Positions 24,265 through 36,882 of a stretch of DNA of 64,000 nucleotides are shown here, one piece after another; the stretch's first letter is position 1, and each line of letters begins with the position of its first letter. The position numbers were made by a program, and so were the translations under genes. The notes below the pieces were generated by a model. The model was not told where the DNA came from. It saw only the letters and a list, made by a program, of their open reading frames with translations, and ran no database searches. Origin of the DNA: Scenedesmus sp. PABB004 (Eukaryota); the NCBI GenBank assembly GCA_014905635.1, contig JABVCE010000036.1, positions 124,001 to 188,000 on the forward strand. Reading direction: 5' to 3'.

Positions 24265-25437
24265 ATGCTGTCCGCCCTCCAGCGCTCCGCGCTGGGCGCC
24301 CGCCCCGCGGCGCCCGCGCCGCGTCGCCTGGTCATCCAGGCGGCGCACAAGAAGGGCGCGGGCAGCACCAAGAACGGCCGCGACTCCGAGTCCAAGCGCC
24401 GCGGCATCAAGGTCTTCGGCGGCCAGCCCGTCAAGGCCGGCGGCATCATCTACAGGCAGACCGGCTCCACGGTGAGCGCGCGCGCCGGGCGCGCCAGTCG
24501 CGGCGGCGCGGGGCGAGCAGCTGGTGGCCGTGGCTGCCGCGGCCCGCCACCGCGCCGCCCGCACACGGCGGCGCGCGGGGCCGCGCCGGACGCGGCCGGA
24601 CGCCCGGCCGGACCCGCCGCGGGCGCGGCGCGCCCCAATGGCCCGCCGCGCCGGCCGGCGCCGGGCGAGCAGCGGCGGCGGCAGCGGCGGTCGCTCGGGC
24701 GTCGGCCGGCGCGGCCCCGGACCGCGTTCCGCCCAGCCGCTGGATGCCGCCCGGGTTCTGGGCCGCGTCCAGCAGGGCCTGCAGGCCCCGGCGGCGTGCC
24801 GTCAGCCGACGACGCGCGCTCGTGCGGCCGTCCGCCACATTCGCGCGCCGCCGCCGCTCACGCGCCGCCCTCTGCGCGCGCAGTGGCACGCGGGCGACAA
24901 CGTGGGCACGGGCAGCGACTACACGCTGTTCAGCACCATCGAGGGCATCGTCATCTACTCGAAGAAGAAGGACAAGTCCCTGGTGCGTGCGCGTGTGTGA
25001 ATGCGCGTGAAAGTGCTGCGCCGCTCGCTGGCCCCCGGCGCGCCGCGCACTGGCCCCGCCCCGCCGCAAGGGCCGCTGCGCGGGGCACACGGGACGCGGG
25101 GCGCAGCGGCAGCGAGGAGCCGCCCCTGGCGGCGCCACGCGGAGCGCGTCCCGGTCCCCCCGCTCCCGCCCGCCCCCTCCCGCTGACGCCCGTGCTCCCC
25201 CCTCCTCCCTCCCCTCCCCCCTCCCCCCCTCCCCCCCCCCCCCCCCCCCAGGTGCACGTGTACCCGTTTGAGCACGAGAAGGCGGCGACCGCGGTGGCGG
25301 CGACGCACACGACCAAGCCCAAGGACGGGCTGCAGAGCCGGCGGGAGCGGCGGCTGGCGACGTACAAGCCGCGCGGGGAGCAGCGCGCCGAGGTGGCGGC
25401 CAAGGTCGCGGCGCTGGCGGCGCGCGCCACGCCCTGA
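24265..25437 (+). CDS. PRPL27: Plastid 50S ribosomal protein L27 with transit peptide, 3 exons
   Basis: Transit peptide, then [66 protein letters not shown], and a C-terminal RRERR extension. Confidence 0.94.
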   Translation: MLSALQRSALGARPAAPAPRRLVIQAAHKKGAGSTKNGRDSESKRRGIKVFGGQPVKAGGIIYRQTGSTVSARAGRASRGGAGRAAGGRGCRGPPPRRPHTAARGAAPDAAGRPAGPAAGAARPNGPPRRPAPGEQRRRQRRSLGRRPARPRTAFRPAAGCRPGSGPRPAGPAGPGGVPSADDARSCGRPPHSRAAAAHAPPSARAVARGRQRGHGQRLHAVQHHRGHRHLLEEEGQVPGACACVNARESAAPLAGPRRAAHWPRPAARAAARGTRDAGRSGSEEPPLAAPRGARPGPPAPARPLPLTPVLPPPPSPPPSPPPPPPPPQVHVYPFEHEKAATAVAATHTTKPKDGLQSRRERRLATYKPRGEQRAEVAAKVAALAARATP

Positions 25438-25764
25438 GCGTGGCGCCGCGGCGCGCGCCGGCAGCAGCTGCTGCCGGGCCGCGACGGCACGCTCGCGGCG
25501 GGAGCGGGGCGGGCGGGGCGGGCTGCAGGAGGTGTGGTGGCGGTCTCGGGCCCGGGCTGGGTAACTGAGAGCTTGTGCTGCCGGGGAAACGCTGCGCCGC
25601 GGCCAGCGAGAGCTGGCGGGAGCTGTGCGGGCGCTCGTCACGTTGGGCGGCGGCGGTTGTCGGTGCGTTCCGCCGAGGCCCCCTCGCGCCGCTCGCGGCC
25701 GGTTCCCACTCCGCCCTGCTCCCGCGCCGCCTCCCCGCCGCCCACCCCGCTGCCACGCCGCACA

Positions 25765-28322
25765 ATGAGGGCAGCCAGCGCGCTGTTCGGGCTGGTGGCG
25801 CTGGCCGCCGCAGCTGGCGCGCTGGGCGCCTGTCCGCCCGCTGGGTTCGACAGCCTGGCGAGCCTGGACGCCGCCAAGTTCCTCAGCGGCACTTGGTACG
25901 CGCAGCAGCAGGTGCGGCCTGAAAGGGGCTCCTGCGGCGCGATCGGTTTTCGGAGCTGCGCATGCGTAGTGCCGGGCTCGATGCGCCGCGCCGGGCACCC
26001 CTGCCGCGCCGCAGCACAGCCCCGCAGCACCACTTTGGACCGATAAAGCTGCTGGCAGCACGTCCGCTCGGTCGCAGCAGCTGGGGGCCCAGGGGCGACA
26101 GCCGGCCAGCGTTCTGCTGCCTGGCTGCTGCTGCCGCCTCACTCGCGCCTGCGACCCGCGCCCCGGCCAGGTGCCCTCGTCCGCCAACAAGGAGGACACC
26201 TTCTTCTGCGTCAAGTGAGCTGCAATGCGCACCTGCTGCGTGCGCCGCCGCGCACTGGTAGCTTCGCTCGCCGCGCACGCGCCGCCCGACCCCGCGCGGC
26301 TACTCCCGCCGCCCACAGGACTGAGTACAAGCCCCGCGACGCCGCCAACCTGGCCAAGGGCATCGTTGTGGCCAACTACGCCAACCGGGGCGCCGTCAAC
26401 GGCGAGGCGATCGACCCCGCCGCGCTCGCGGAGGGCGGCGCCGGCCCCGCGGCCTCCCTCGCGGCAGCCATCCCCAGCCTGCTCGCCTTCCCGGCGCCCT
26501 TCAACGCCACCACCGACACGCAGGCGCGCCGCCGCCGCCGCCGTCTCGCCGCAGCAGCAGCAGCGCGGCGCGGAGAGGGCCGGCGCGCCGAGCTCCCCGC
26601 CGAGCCCACCGCCATATCCTCGCGCGTCCGCAGGCGACGGCGGCGAGCAAGCTCAAGGTTGGCCCCGGCATCCTGGAGCTGCCCTACAAGCTCGGCACCA
26701 AGTTCCTCTACAGCGACCTCTGGGTCGTCGCCGCGGGTGAGGCACAGAAGGGATCTGCGGGGTTCAGGGCCCCTCGCGGGGCGGCAGCGGCGGACGCGGA
26801 CGCGGCAGCGGCGCCGCGCACCGAGCGTCGGCACGCCCGCCCAAACCGCCGTGCAGGCAAGTCTGCCAACGCCGCGCTCGGCTACGACTGGGCGGTCATC
26901 ACCAGCGGCGCGCCGAGCAGCGCGGGCGCAAACGGCCTCTGCCGCCCCGCCAGCCAGGGTGCGCGCGCCCGCAGCTGCCGCGCAGCGGCCGTGGAGCGGC
27001 GGCGCGCGCCCGCGCCGCTCCTGCCCGCCCCGCGCGCCTCACGGCGCCGCTGGCCCCGGCCCCGCCCCGCCGCCCAGGCCTCTGGCTGCTGTCGCGCAAG
27101 CCCGTCGACGCCGAGGGCACCGCCGCGATGCTCAAGGCGGCGGCCGCGCTCGGCCTGGACGCCTCGGCGCTGCGCCCCGTCGCGCAGGCCGGCTGCGCAT
27201 ACGCCGCGCTCGGCGGCGGCCACGCCGCCGCCGCGCCCGTCGCCGCGCACGTCGCCGCGCCCGTGGCCGCGCCCGTGGCCGCGCCCGTGTCGGTCGCGTC
27301 GTCGGACCTCGCGACCGACCCGCTCGCGGTCACGCAGAAGGTCGAGCTCACGATCGCCGCGGGCGGCAAGCCCGCCGGCACGGTCACGCTCGGCATGTTT
27401 GGCAACGCCGCGCCCAAGACCGTGGCCAACGTGCGCGCGCGCCGCGCGGGGGGGGGGGGGCCTGCGCCCCCGGCCCGCGCCGCCCCCACGACACCACGCG
27501 CCGCCCCCGACACCGCGTCGCCTGACCTCGCGCGCCGCCCCGCCCTGACCGCGCGCGCGTCCCTAAACATCACAGTTTGTTGGCATCTGCAAGGGCGCCA
27601 AGGGCTTCTCCTACACGGGGTCCAAGTTCCACCGCGTGATCAAGGACTTCATGGTCCAGGCGCGCCAGCAGCAGCGGGCTGGCCCCGGGGCTGCCTGCTG
27701 CGCCCCGCCGCGCGCGCGGCCGCCGCGCCGCGCCGCGCCCAGGCGCCTGCCCCGCCTGGCCCCGCCCTTCCATGCGCGCCCACGCCCACACACGCCGTGG
27801 GAGCACGCGCTGACACGCGCGCTGACGCGTGCTGTGGGCGTGCTGTGCGCGTGCGCTGTGCGCGCTGTGCGCAGGCGGGCGACTTTGAGAACGGCGACGG
27901 CACGGGCGGCTACAGCATCTACGGCGACACCTTCCCCGACGAGAACCTCAGCTTCGAGCTCTCCCGCGGCGTGCTCGCGATGGCCAACGCGGGTGCGCGC
28001 CGACGCGCCAGCGCGCGCACCCGGCCGCGACCCGGCCGCGCCCCGCCCGCGCCGCGCCGCCGCTCACCGCCGCGCCGCCGCCGCCCGGTGGCGTGCCCTG
28101 CCCTCAGGCCCCGACTCCAACGGCTCCCAGTTCTTCATCACCGTCGTGCCGACCGAGTGGCTCAACGGCAAGCACGTGGTGTTTGGCCGCGTGCTGCGCG
28201 GCATGGAGCTGGTCGATGCGATCAGCGACGTCGACACCAACGCCGCGGACGAGCCGCTCGTGCCGATCACCATCACCGGCTGCCGCGCGTGGAAGGACCC
28301 GCTGCCCTCCAAGCTCGTCTGA
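25765..28322 (+). CDS. Secreted lipocalin-domain / cyclophilin-type PPIase fusion protein, 9 exons
   Basis: Signal peptide; lipocalin motifs [22 protein letters not shown] and [11 protein letters not shown]-rich linker; cyclophilin [87 protein letters not shown]. Confidence 0.88.
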
Positions 28323-28604
28323 GCGGGCGGGCGGCGCGCACACCGCGGCGGCGCGCCGCGCGCGCGCGCGTGACGGCGCGATCGGTTGGCCGGCTCGCCC
28401 GGCGGCGCCTGCATTTCGGGGGCGGCCGCGGGCGCTGATTTGGTGGGCGGGGAGCTGGGCGGGGCGCGGGGCGCGCTGGCCGGGCGGGAGCGGGGCAGGG
28501 AGCAGGTAGCACTGACATGGCTGTGGAGTCCTGTAAACCGGAGTACGAGCTGCCGCCGAGGGGGTGTCACCGCCAGGACGCCGCGCCCGCCGCGCCCGCC
28601 GCGC

Positions 28605-31600
28605 TCACAGCACGCCTAGGATGGTGCGCACCTGCGCGGGCGTGTGCCGCACCGCCGCGCTGCCGCCCGCCTCGGCGTAGCCCGCGGTGGGGTCGTCCAG
28701 CAGCGCGTGCACCTCCTCGTACGCCGCGACCAGCGACGCCGCGACGCTGCGGGCGGGGCGGGCGGGGCTGACCAGCGGCCGCGGCGGCGGCGGCGGGGCG
28801 CGGCAACGGGGCGCGGGCGGGCCGCGCTGGCGGGGCGGGGCGGGCCGCGCGCGGCGCGCGCGGCGCGCACCGCGCGACCGCGTCGCCGCGCAGGCGGGGG
28901 CTCTGTATCGCAGCAAACTCGGGCAGCGCGTCGGGGCTGCTCACGGCGACAAAGAAGCGCCGCAGCGCCTCGGCCACCGCGCCCAGGCTGAGCGCGGGGT
29001 CGGACGCCGGCGGCGACGGCGCGCCCTGCGGCGACGCCTGCGCGCGCGCGCGCGCGCGCGCGCGCGTGGGCGGCGCGCGTGGGCGGCGCGCGTGAGCGCC
29101 GGCGGGCTGCCGCGCGGCCTCCGCTGGCGGGCACCCGCCAGCGCGCCCGTGCGCGCCCGCGCGCGCCGGCGGCGGTGGCGCGCCCACCTTGTACAGCCGC
29201 ACGCGCTCCACCACCTCGGCCAGGCCGCTGCGCGCGAGCAGGCGGCCGACCTCCTGCGCGACGAGCGCCTCCAGCTGGCTGCGCGAGAAGCGCGGCGGGC
29301 GAGCAGCGGCGGCGGCGTCGGGGGCTGGCTGGCTGCCGCGCTGCGGCGCGCCACGGCGCTCACGCCGCGCCGCGCCGCGCTGGCCGCGCGCGGCGCTCAC
29401 GCGTTGACCGCGCCCGCGAGCGCCGCCGCGCGCGCCGCCGCGGCGGGGCGCAGCGCGAGCGTCGCCTGGCAGGCAGCGAGGCAGTTGATGGTGAAGACCT
29501 TGTGGGCCGTGGGGTCGAGCTTGGAGCCGTCGTCGAGGCGCGCCGGGCTGTCGGGGCTGAGCGCCTCGGCCGACGCCGACACCATGGCCAGCAGCGGCTC
29601 CAGCACCGCGCCCAGCACGCGGGCGAGCCCCTCCTCGCCCTCCAGGCTCGCCGCGCCGCCGCCGGCGCCCGCGGGCGCGCCGTCGCCGGGCGCGGCCGGC
29701 GCCTGCGGCTGCGCGGCGCTGGCGTGCATACTGCCCTCAAACGCGGTGACCAGCTCGCCCAGCAGCGACAGCGTCTGCGTGACCTGCTGCGGCGGGCTGA
29801 GGTCGGCCGGCGGCTGCGGCGGCGCGCGCAGCAGGCGGTCGCCGGACGCCTTGAGCTGCTCCATAAACGTTCTGGTGGTGGTGGGGGGGGGGGGTGGCCG
29901 GGGGCGCCGCGATGCGTGGGGAGCGAGTCGGGACGCGGGTCACCGCGCGGGCGGCGACGCGCGCTGGCGTGCAGCTGGCGCGAGGGCGTGCGCGCGGGCG
30001 GCGGCGGCGCGCGCGCGCGCGTGCGGGCGCGCGCCTGTTGGCGAGGTCGCGGCAGCCCGCGACCGTCGCGGTGAGCGCGGCGCGGGGCCCGAGCGCCTCG
30101 GCGATGAGGGACGCATAGAAGGCGGCGAGCTGGCCGAGCTGGTAGCACAGCAGCAGCGGAGGGCTCATCATCAGCACCTGCTCGATGCGCACCTGCTTGC
30201 GGCGGCGCGGCGCGGCGCGGCGCGGAGGCGGGGCCGGCCGCGCGGCGGCGGCGGGCGGCGGGCGGGCGGCGGGGGAGGGCGGTGAGCGCGGGCGGGGGAG
30301 GGCGGTGGGCGCGCGCCGCGGCGGGGCGCGGAGAGCGGCGCGCGCGCGCCTTGAGCGGGCGGCAGAGCGACTCGAAGATTTTGTCCAGCAGCGCGGCCGG
30401 GCCCAGCGCGTCGCCGCCGCCCGCGGCGGCGCCTGCGGGGGCGAGGCAGCAGCGCGCTCGGCGCGCAGCGGCGGGCCGCGCGCGCCGCGGGGCGGGGGCG
30501 GCAGCCCCCTGCCAGCACCGCCGGCCGCGCAGCGCACCCGGCTCGTCGCCGTCGCCGCCGCCGAAGAGCGCGACCACAAACTCACGCTCGCCGCACAGCG
30601 CCTGCGCCGGCGCCGGCGCGCGCGTCCGCGCCGCGCCGCGCCGCGCCGCGCCGAGCCACACCGCGCTTCCGCGCCGCGCTCCCGCCGCGCGCGCGCCGCC
30701 GCGCCTGGTGCACCCAGGCGAGCATGTCGGCGGCGTAGCGGCGCGGGTCGTGGGCGTGGATCTCGATCGGCCGCGGCAGCCCGCCCGGGCCGCCGCGCGT
30801 GAGCGCGACGATGAAGCGCTGGAACAGCGCCCCGTGCCGCGCGCTCGCGACCTGCGGCGCATCAGGGTGCAGGGTTTGGGTTACGGGCGCGCGCGGCGCG
30901 CGCCGGCTCGCTCCTCGCCGCGCAGCCGCAGCCGCTTGCCGGCGCGCCGCCGCGCGAGGCCCCGCCTCCTTCAGAGGCCCCTCCCCTCCGCGCCTGCCCC
31001 CGCCCCGCACCTCCTCGGCGCAGTACTTGTACAGCACCGGCCGGTCCCGCAGCGCCGCGACCGCCGCCGCGAGGCTGGGCTCCACCTCGGGCGCGTCCAC
31101 CTCGCCGAGGCGCCGGCACTCGGCCTGCACCCACCTGCGGCGCGGCGGCGCGGCACGGCGCGGCGCGGCGCTCGAGGGCGCCCGCAGCGCCAGCGGCCGG
31201 CGCCGGCCGGCGCCGCCGCAAGCCACGCGCCGCCTCGCGCCCGCGTGCAGGCGCGCCGCGCCTGCAGAGGTGCTCGTATGCCGCCTCCTGGTGCGCGGCC
31301 ATGTGGTCCATCAGCTCCAGGCCCGCCCGCTGGTGGTGGCTGCGCAGCAGGCCGCGGCAGTGCTCGTGGATGGCCCGCAGGCGCGAGAGCGCGGCGAAAA
31401 ACTCCGGCCCGACCTGCCCCGCCTGCAGCAGCGCGGCCTGCGGCGGCGGCGCGGCGGCGCACGGCGCGCGTCGCGCCGGGTCGCGCCGGGTCGCGCCGGC
31501 TGCTGCCTGCCGCCCCTCGCCGTCGCTGTGCTCCCCGGGGCGTGCACCACCCACCCGTCCACGCACCCACCCACCCACCCACCCGTCCACCCACCCGCCC

Positions 31601-32282
31601 GCCCACCCGCCCCCACCACCCACCCACCCGTCCACCCACCCACCTCCTCTGGCGTGAGCTGGTACTTGTCAAGGAACTGCTCCACCAGCGCGCGCCGCGC
31701 GTCCAGCGCCGCCAGCTCGCGCGCGGCCTTGTCCGACTCGGCCAGCAGCCCGCCCGCGGTTGCGCGCGCGCCCGCGAGCGCCGACGTGATCGCGGCGCAG
31801 CTCGCGGTCACGCCGTCGAGCTGCGCCTGCACGTCGTCCAGCGCCTGCAAAACGCGCGGCGCGGCGCGGCGGGCTCGCGCGGCGCGCGCCGCGAGCGCGC
31901 GCCGCAGGGCGCCGCCCCGCCGGCGCACCGCCGTGACGCCCTCCGCGGCAACCAGGAACTGGCGGCTGATGGCCAGGCCGCGCTGCTCGATCGTCGCGCG
32001 CAGGCCGCGCCGCGCGGCGGGCGTGTTGTCGGCGTAGATGGCCGACAGCGTGCCCAGCGCCGCGACGAGCTCGGGCGACTCGGTCTTGATCTCCAGGATC
32101 TGCCCGCCGGCGGAGGGGAGGGGAGGGAGGAGGGAGCGGCGCGCGAGCGCTCACGGCGGCGCGGCGCGACCGCCGCTGCTTCGGGGCCACGCCGCAGCGC
32201 CGCGCGCCCGCGATCGCCCGCCGCGACGCACCTTCTTGACCTTCCTGGCCAGCCCCGGCGCCAGGGCCGACGTGGCGGCCAT
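28605..32282 (-). CDS. COG6: Conserved oligomeric Golgi complex subunit 6
   Basis: LAPGLARKVKK|ILE..NTPAARRGLRATIEQRGL, HHQRAGLELMD..QEAAYEHLCR|WVQAECR, RPVLYKYCAEE, RFIVALTRGGPGGLPRPIEIHAHDPRRYAADMLAWVHQ. Confidence 0.94.
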
Positions 32283-32622
32283 GGCGCCGGCGCGCCGCGC
32301 GGGCGAGCCGCGCCGCGGCGGTTGCGTGCCGAGCCGCTGCTGCTGCCGGCGGCGCCGGCGCTGCGATCCCAGCGGGGCCCGCAAAGGCCGGGCGCTGCAG
32401 CGGCTGGCGCGGGAGTGCGTGAGCGACTGCGGCCCTGGCACGCTGTGCAGGCCGGGGCCAGCGGCGAGGGGATTTGATGAACCACGGCACACCGGCGGCG
32501 CAGCGCGCTCGCGCCGCAGCACGCGTCGTCGCCCAGACGCGCCCTGTTTGTGATTACTTGACCTTGCATGAAGATGGTGATGACGACCTCGCTGCCAGCC
32601 CTCCAACTCCCTCACCCCTCCC

Positions 32623-33726
32623 TCACGCCGCGGCGACGCGCGCCTCCTCCGTGCCGCCGACGCTGCGCGCCTCGGTGTCGATGACCCACACCTCGTTGTG
32701 CCGCGCGCGCAGGCGGAAGGGGCTGTCGTAACCGGCGGTGAAGAAGTGGCTGCCGTCGAACGCGCGCCCCGCGTCCTCCAGCGCCGCGGTCAGCGAGGCG
32801 GCGGCCGCGAGGTACGTGGCGCCCGTCGCCCAGCCGCCAAAGGACCGCACATACACCTTCAGCGCGGCGCGGGGCTCGATGAACACCTCCGGCGCCGACG
32901 GCGTGGGCGGCTTGGCCTGCCGCGAGGCGGCGCGGCGGCGGCGGCGGTGCGACGCGTGGAACGTCGGCGGGGCGGCGCGGCGCGGACCGCGCGGGGCGCC
33001 GGCGGGGCGCCGCGCGTGGTGCCACGGCGGCGGTGCCCCACCTGGAACGCGGACGGCACGAAGAAGCTTATCGTGTAGTTATTCTCGCAGGCCGGCCCGG
33101 CGCCGGGCGTGACGCGCACCGTCACGGGGGCGGTCATCTCGATCTGCGCAGCGGCGGCGGCGGCGGCGGCGACGGCGGCGGCGGCAGCGGTGGGGTCGGG
33201 GCTAGGGCTGCGGCGGCCGCCGCCGCTGGCCAGCGGGGGCCCGCGCGGGGCGCCAACCCAGCGCGCCTTGGTCTGCTCCACGTTGGCGCCGCTGATGTAC
33301 TTGAACAGCCGCCAGAAGCCGGTCGCGACCGCCTTGTCGTACCCCACGCCACTCACGACTGCGGCGCCGCGGCGGCGAGTGTGTGGGCGCGCGTGTGGGC
33401 GCGGCACGGGGCGGGCGCGCGGGCGTCGCCGCGGCCGCGGCACCTGTGGACGCCCACTTGCCGGGGGCGTATGCCCGCAGCTCCGCGTCCAGCGCGGTCA
33501 GGTTGGCCACCACCTTGTAGGAGGGGCAGTCCCTGCGAGGCATGCGTGACACACAAGAGGGGCGCGCGCCGAGTGAGTGGGCGCCACGGGCGCGCGTGCC
33601 GCCGCGCTCCCAGGCGCCGCGCCGCCGCCGGCGCGCGCACAGGTCGTGGCAGAACCAGGGCGCGTCCGCGGCCGCGCCGGCCAGGCCCGCCAGGGCCAGC
33701 AGGGCCGCCAGGAGCGTGGCGCGCAT
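32623..33726 (-). CDS. SOUL/heme-binding protein with signal peptide
   Basis: PWFCHDL|DCPSYKV, ELRAY, GFWRLFKYISGAN..K|IEMTAPV, TISFFVP, VYVRSFGG, FFTAGYDSPFRLRARHNEVW. Confidence 0.93.
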
Positions 33727-34226
33727 GGTGGTGTAAGCGCTGCTGCCGCCGCTGCTGACGCTGCGTGCGGGCGTCGGTCGGCTGCGGGCAAGGCGTCACG
33801 CGTCCCACAGAGCTGAGGGGAGCGTGCGTGTGCAGAGTGCCGAGGCGGAGGGAGGCAGCTGGCGTCGTGGGGCCGCAAAGATGGCGAGGCGCGGTGCAGC
33901 GAGCCCCAAGCCCGCGTGACAGGACGCCGCCCTTACGACGCCCAGCGCTGTGGTATCCGCCGTGTGCACAGCTCTCAACCGCCTGCGCACCGAGGCCTGG
34001 CGGACCAGCACGCCGCGAGGGCGCGCCGCCGCCGCTGCTGCGCCGCCCCGCCCCGCTCGCTGCGTGCCGGCCGCACCTCCCAGCCGGTTGCCGTGGGCGT
34101 GCGGCAGACAGACACGCCGGGCGCGGGACCACACGCGGCGGCCGCGCGGGCTGCAGCGGGAGGCGGTTGGCCGCGCGGCGCGCGAGCGGCGCGGCGCGGC
34201 CCGCGGGCGCGCCGGCGGGCGGCGCC

Positions 34227-34757
34227 ATGACGCTGTGGACGCTGTTGCAGGTGCGTGGTGCAGTGGAAAGCAGCGGGGCGGGGCACAGCGAGCGGGGCGA
34301 GGCGTGGCAGCGGGCGCGGGCGCGGCCGACAGCATCAACCGCCGCCGCACCCGCCTGCTGCGCGGCAGTCGGTGCTGCTGATGTTCAACGGCGTGGCCGT
34401 GCTCAACAACGACCGCTTCCTCGAGAAGTGTGCGTGGCCGGGCGGCGCGCGCCGGCGGCGGCAGGACCAGCGCCGGCGGTGCGGCCCGCCGACGCGCCGC
34501 CGCCGCCGCCGCGCCGTGCGCCGCGCAGACGGGTGGGGCTTCAGCCAGATGCAGAGCAGCAACTCGCTGAAGATGTCCATCATTGGCGGCATCCACGCGG
34601 TGCACTACTTCAGGGGTGCGCCGCTGCGACGTCGCCGTGCGGCACGCGCGCCGCAGCGCGCGGGCGGCGCGCTGAGCAGCCGCGCCGGCGCCGCGCCGCA
34701 GCGTTCCTGATGGTGATCAACGTCGTGGTCATCCTCATTAAGCTGCTCTCAGGCTGA
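34227..34757 (+). CDS. YOS1: Yos1/IER3IP1-like small ER-Golgi membrane protein, 4 exons
   Basis: MTLWTLLQ|SVLLMFNGVAVLNNDRFLEK|xGWGF..SLKMSIIGGIHAVHYFR|AFLMVINVVVILIKLLSG. Confidence 0.9.
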   Translation: MTLWTLLQVRGAVESSGAGHSERGEAWQRARARPTASTAAAPACCAAVGAADVQRRGRAQQRPLPREVCVAGRRAPAAAGPAPAVRPADAPPPPPRRAPRRRVGLQPDAEQQLAEDVHHWRHPRGALLQGCAAATSPCGTRAAARGRRAEQPRRRRAAAFLMVINVVVILIKLLSG

Positions 34758-35100
34758 TCCAGCTGGGCGGCGGCGGGCGCCGGCAGGGCCGGCGGCAGGG
34801 CGCAGCGCAGGGCGGGGCTGCGCGGGCGCGGCGGCTCTGGCGCGCGGAGCAGCTCCCTGGCTGTGGCCGCCGCGGCAGCCGGCACGGCGGACGGGGTAAC
34901 AGCTTCGGCCGCGTCCGTTGCGACGCCGACCGACCGACCGCGCGCCTTGTGCCACGGCGAGGGCGCAGCGCTGCGCCGCCGCTGCGCTGTGGTTCCGCAA
35001 ACCCCTCGCCGGTGGGCCTGCCCACGGCGTACCGTGCCAGGGCGCGGTCGCCTTTTCACTCCAGAGCCAGCCGCTGCAGCGCCGGCCCCCTGCGGCCGCG

Positions 35101-36002
35101 ATGGACCTGCACGGCGCCGCCCGCGCGGGCGACACCGCGCGCATGCTGCAGCTGATCGGCATGGCGGACGCGGGAGCCAAGGTCGTCGACGCGCGTGACA
35201 AGCACGCGCGCACGCCGCTGCACCTGGCGGCGTGGGCGGGCCACGAGGTGCGGCCGCCGGAGATGGCGACCGGTCGCCCCTCGGCGGGGCGCCGCCGCCG
35301 CCACCGCTGGCCACGGGCGGCGGGCACAGTGAAGTCGCGGGATTGCTCTGTGCGCTGCGCCGTCCCGAGCCAGCATCGCCGCTGGCCGCCGGCGGCTGCG
35401 GGGCGGACCGCGCGCGCCGCCCGCTGCTGCGCGCCCGCAGGAGGCCGTGAAGCTGCTGCTGGCGCATGGGTGCAACGTCAAGGCGGCGGCCATGGAAGAC
35501 ATGAACGCCCTGCACTTTGCGGCGCAGAAGGGCCACGTCGCCCCGATCCGGCACCTGCTCAACGCGGGTGTGCGCCCGCCGCCGCTGCCGGCGCCGCGCG
35601 CCGGCGGCGCCTGCCGGCGCGCGCTGCCCACGCCGGGCTGCCCGCCCCCGCGCTGCAGGGCTGCCCGTGAACGGCAAGACGCGCAAGGGCGCCAACGCGC
35701 TCATGCTCGCGGCGCAGGGCGGGCACGCCGGCGTCGTCGCCCTGCTGCTGCAGCGCGCGGCCAACCCGCTCGCCGCCAACCCCAAGGGCCGCAAGGCGTC
35801 CGACCTGGCCGCCAGCGAGGAGCTGCGCGCCACGCTGCTGGCGGCGGAGGCCGCGGCGGCGGCGGGCCAGGCGGCGGGCAAGCCTCGGCAGGCGGCGGCA
35901 GACTGCACGGCCGGGGCTGCAGCGGCAGCGCCGGCGCCGGCGCCAGCAGCAGCGGCGGCAGCGCCGACAGCAGAGGCAGCAGCAGCAGCAGCAGACGCAG
36001 AC

Positions 36003-36034
<32 letters not shown>

Positions 36035-36356
36035 CGGCGGCGGCGGCGACGACGCGGGGCCCGGCCGGAAGCGGCCTGCTGAGGAGGCGGCGCTGGCGGC
36101 GGGCGCCGCGACAGCCGGCGCCGACGCCGACGCGGGCGGCGAGCCAGCGATTGGCCCCGCGGTCGGCCCTGCCATCGGGCCCGCGGCGCCGCCGGGCGGC
36201 GAGCCAGCGATTGGCCCCGCAATCGGCCCTGCCATCGGGCCCGCGGCGCCGCCAGGCAGCGCGCCTGGCGAGCAGCAGCAGCAGGCGCAGCCCAAGGCCA
36301 AGAAGCAGAGAAAGGAGGTGCTGCTGTCGTTCGCGGGCGAGGGCGAGGACGACTGA
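35101..36356 (+). CDS. Ankyrin-repeat protein, 3 exons
   Basis: LHGAARAGD, DKHARTPLHLAAWAGH, DMNALHFAAQKGH, GANALMLAAQGGH; C-terminal KKQRKEVLLSFAGEGEDD. Confidence 0.9.
36135..36253 (+). repeat. 60-nt-period coding tandem duplication (GGEPAIGPAxGPAIGPAAPP x2)
   Basis: 36135-36193 is nearly identical to 36195-36253. Confidence 0.9.
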
Positions 36357-36882
36357 TGCGCGGCGGGCGGCGGCGGCGGCGGCGCGGAGCTGCAACCTCG
36401 GCCTCGGACTCGAGGGGTGTTACCCGCTCGCTGCGCGCGCCCTTTCGCTGCCTGGCCAGGCTCCCCCGCCCCCGCTCTTGCGCTCAGTGGCCCGCAGCTT
36501 TGAGTTTCAGTCCAATGGCCAGCTACAAAGATCGCGCCACACCAGGCAATAAACATGCAGGGGCCGGCACCAGCGGGCCGGCGGCGCGGGCCAGCGCGCA
36601 GTCACAGTCAGGCGCCGCCGCTGTGGCCACAGCGGCGGCGCTCTTTGTTGTGTTGGGGAGCCGATGATGGGAGAACGGCGTGCGGCAGCTCAATGCCGAC
36701 CGAGCTCGCCGCGCACGCGCGCGGCCGCACGCCAGGCGGCGCCCGCGCCGCTCGAATACACAGGGGGTGGGCCGAAATTGCGGCGAATAGCAGTGCAGGA
36801 AGCAGCGCGCCCCCGAGCGGGCACGAGTTTATTGGTCAAGAGAGCGTGAGGCGCGACCATCTGGGCACACGCGGCGCGGTGC

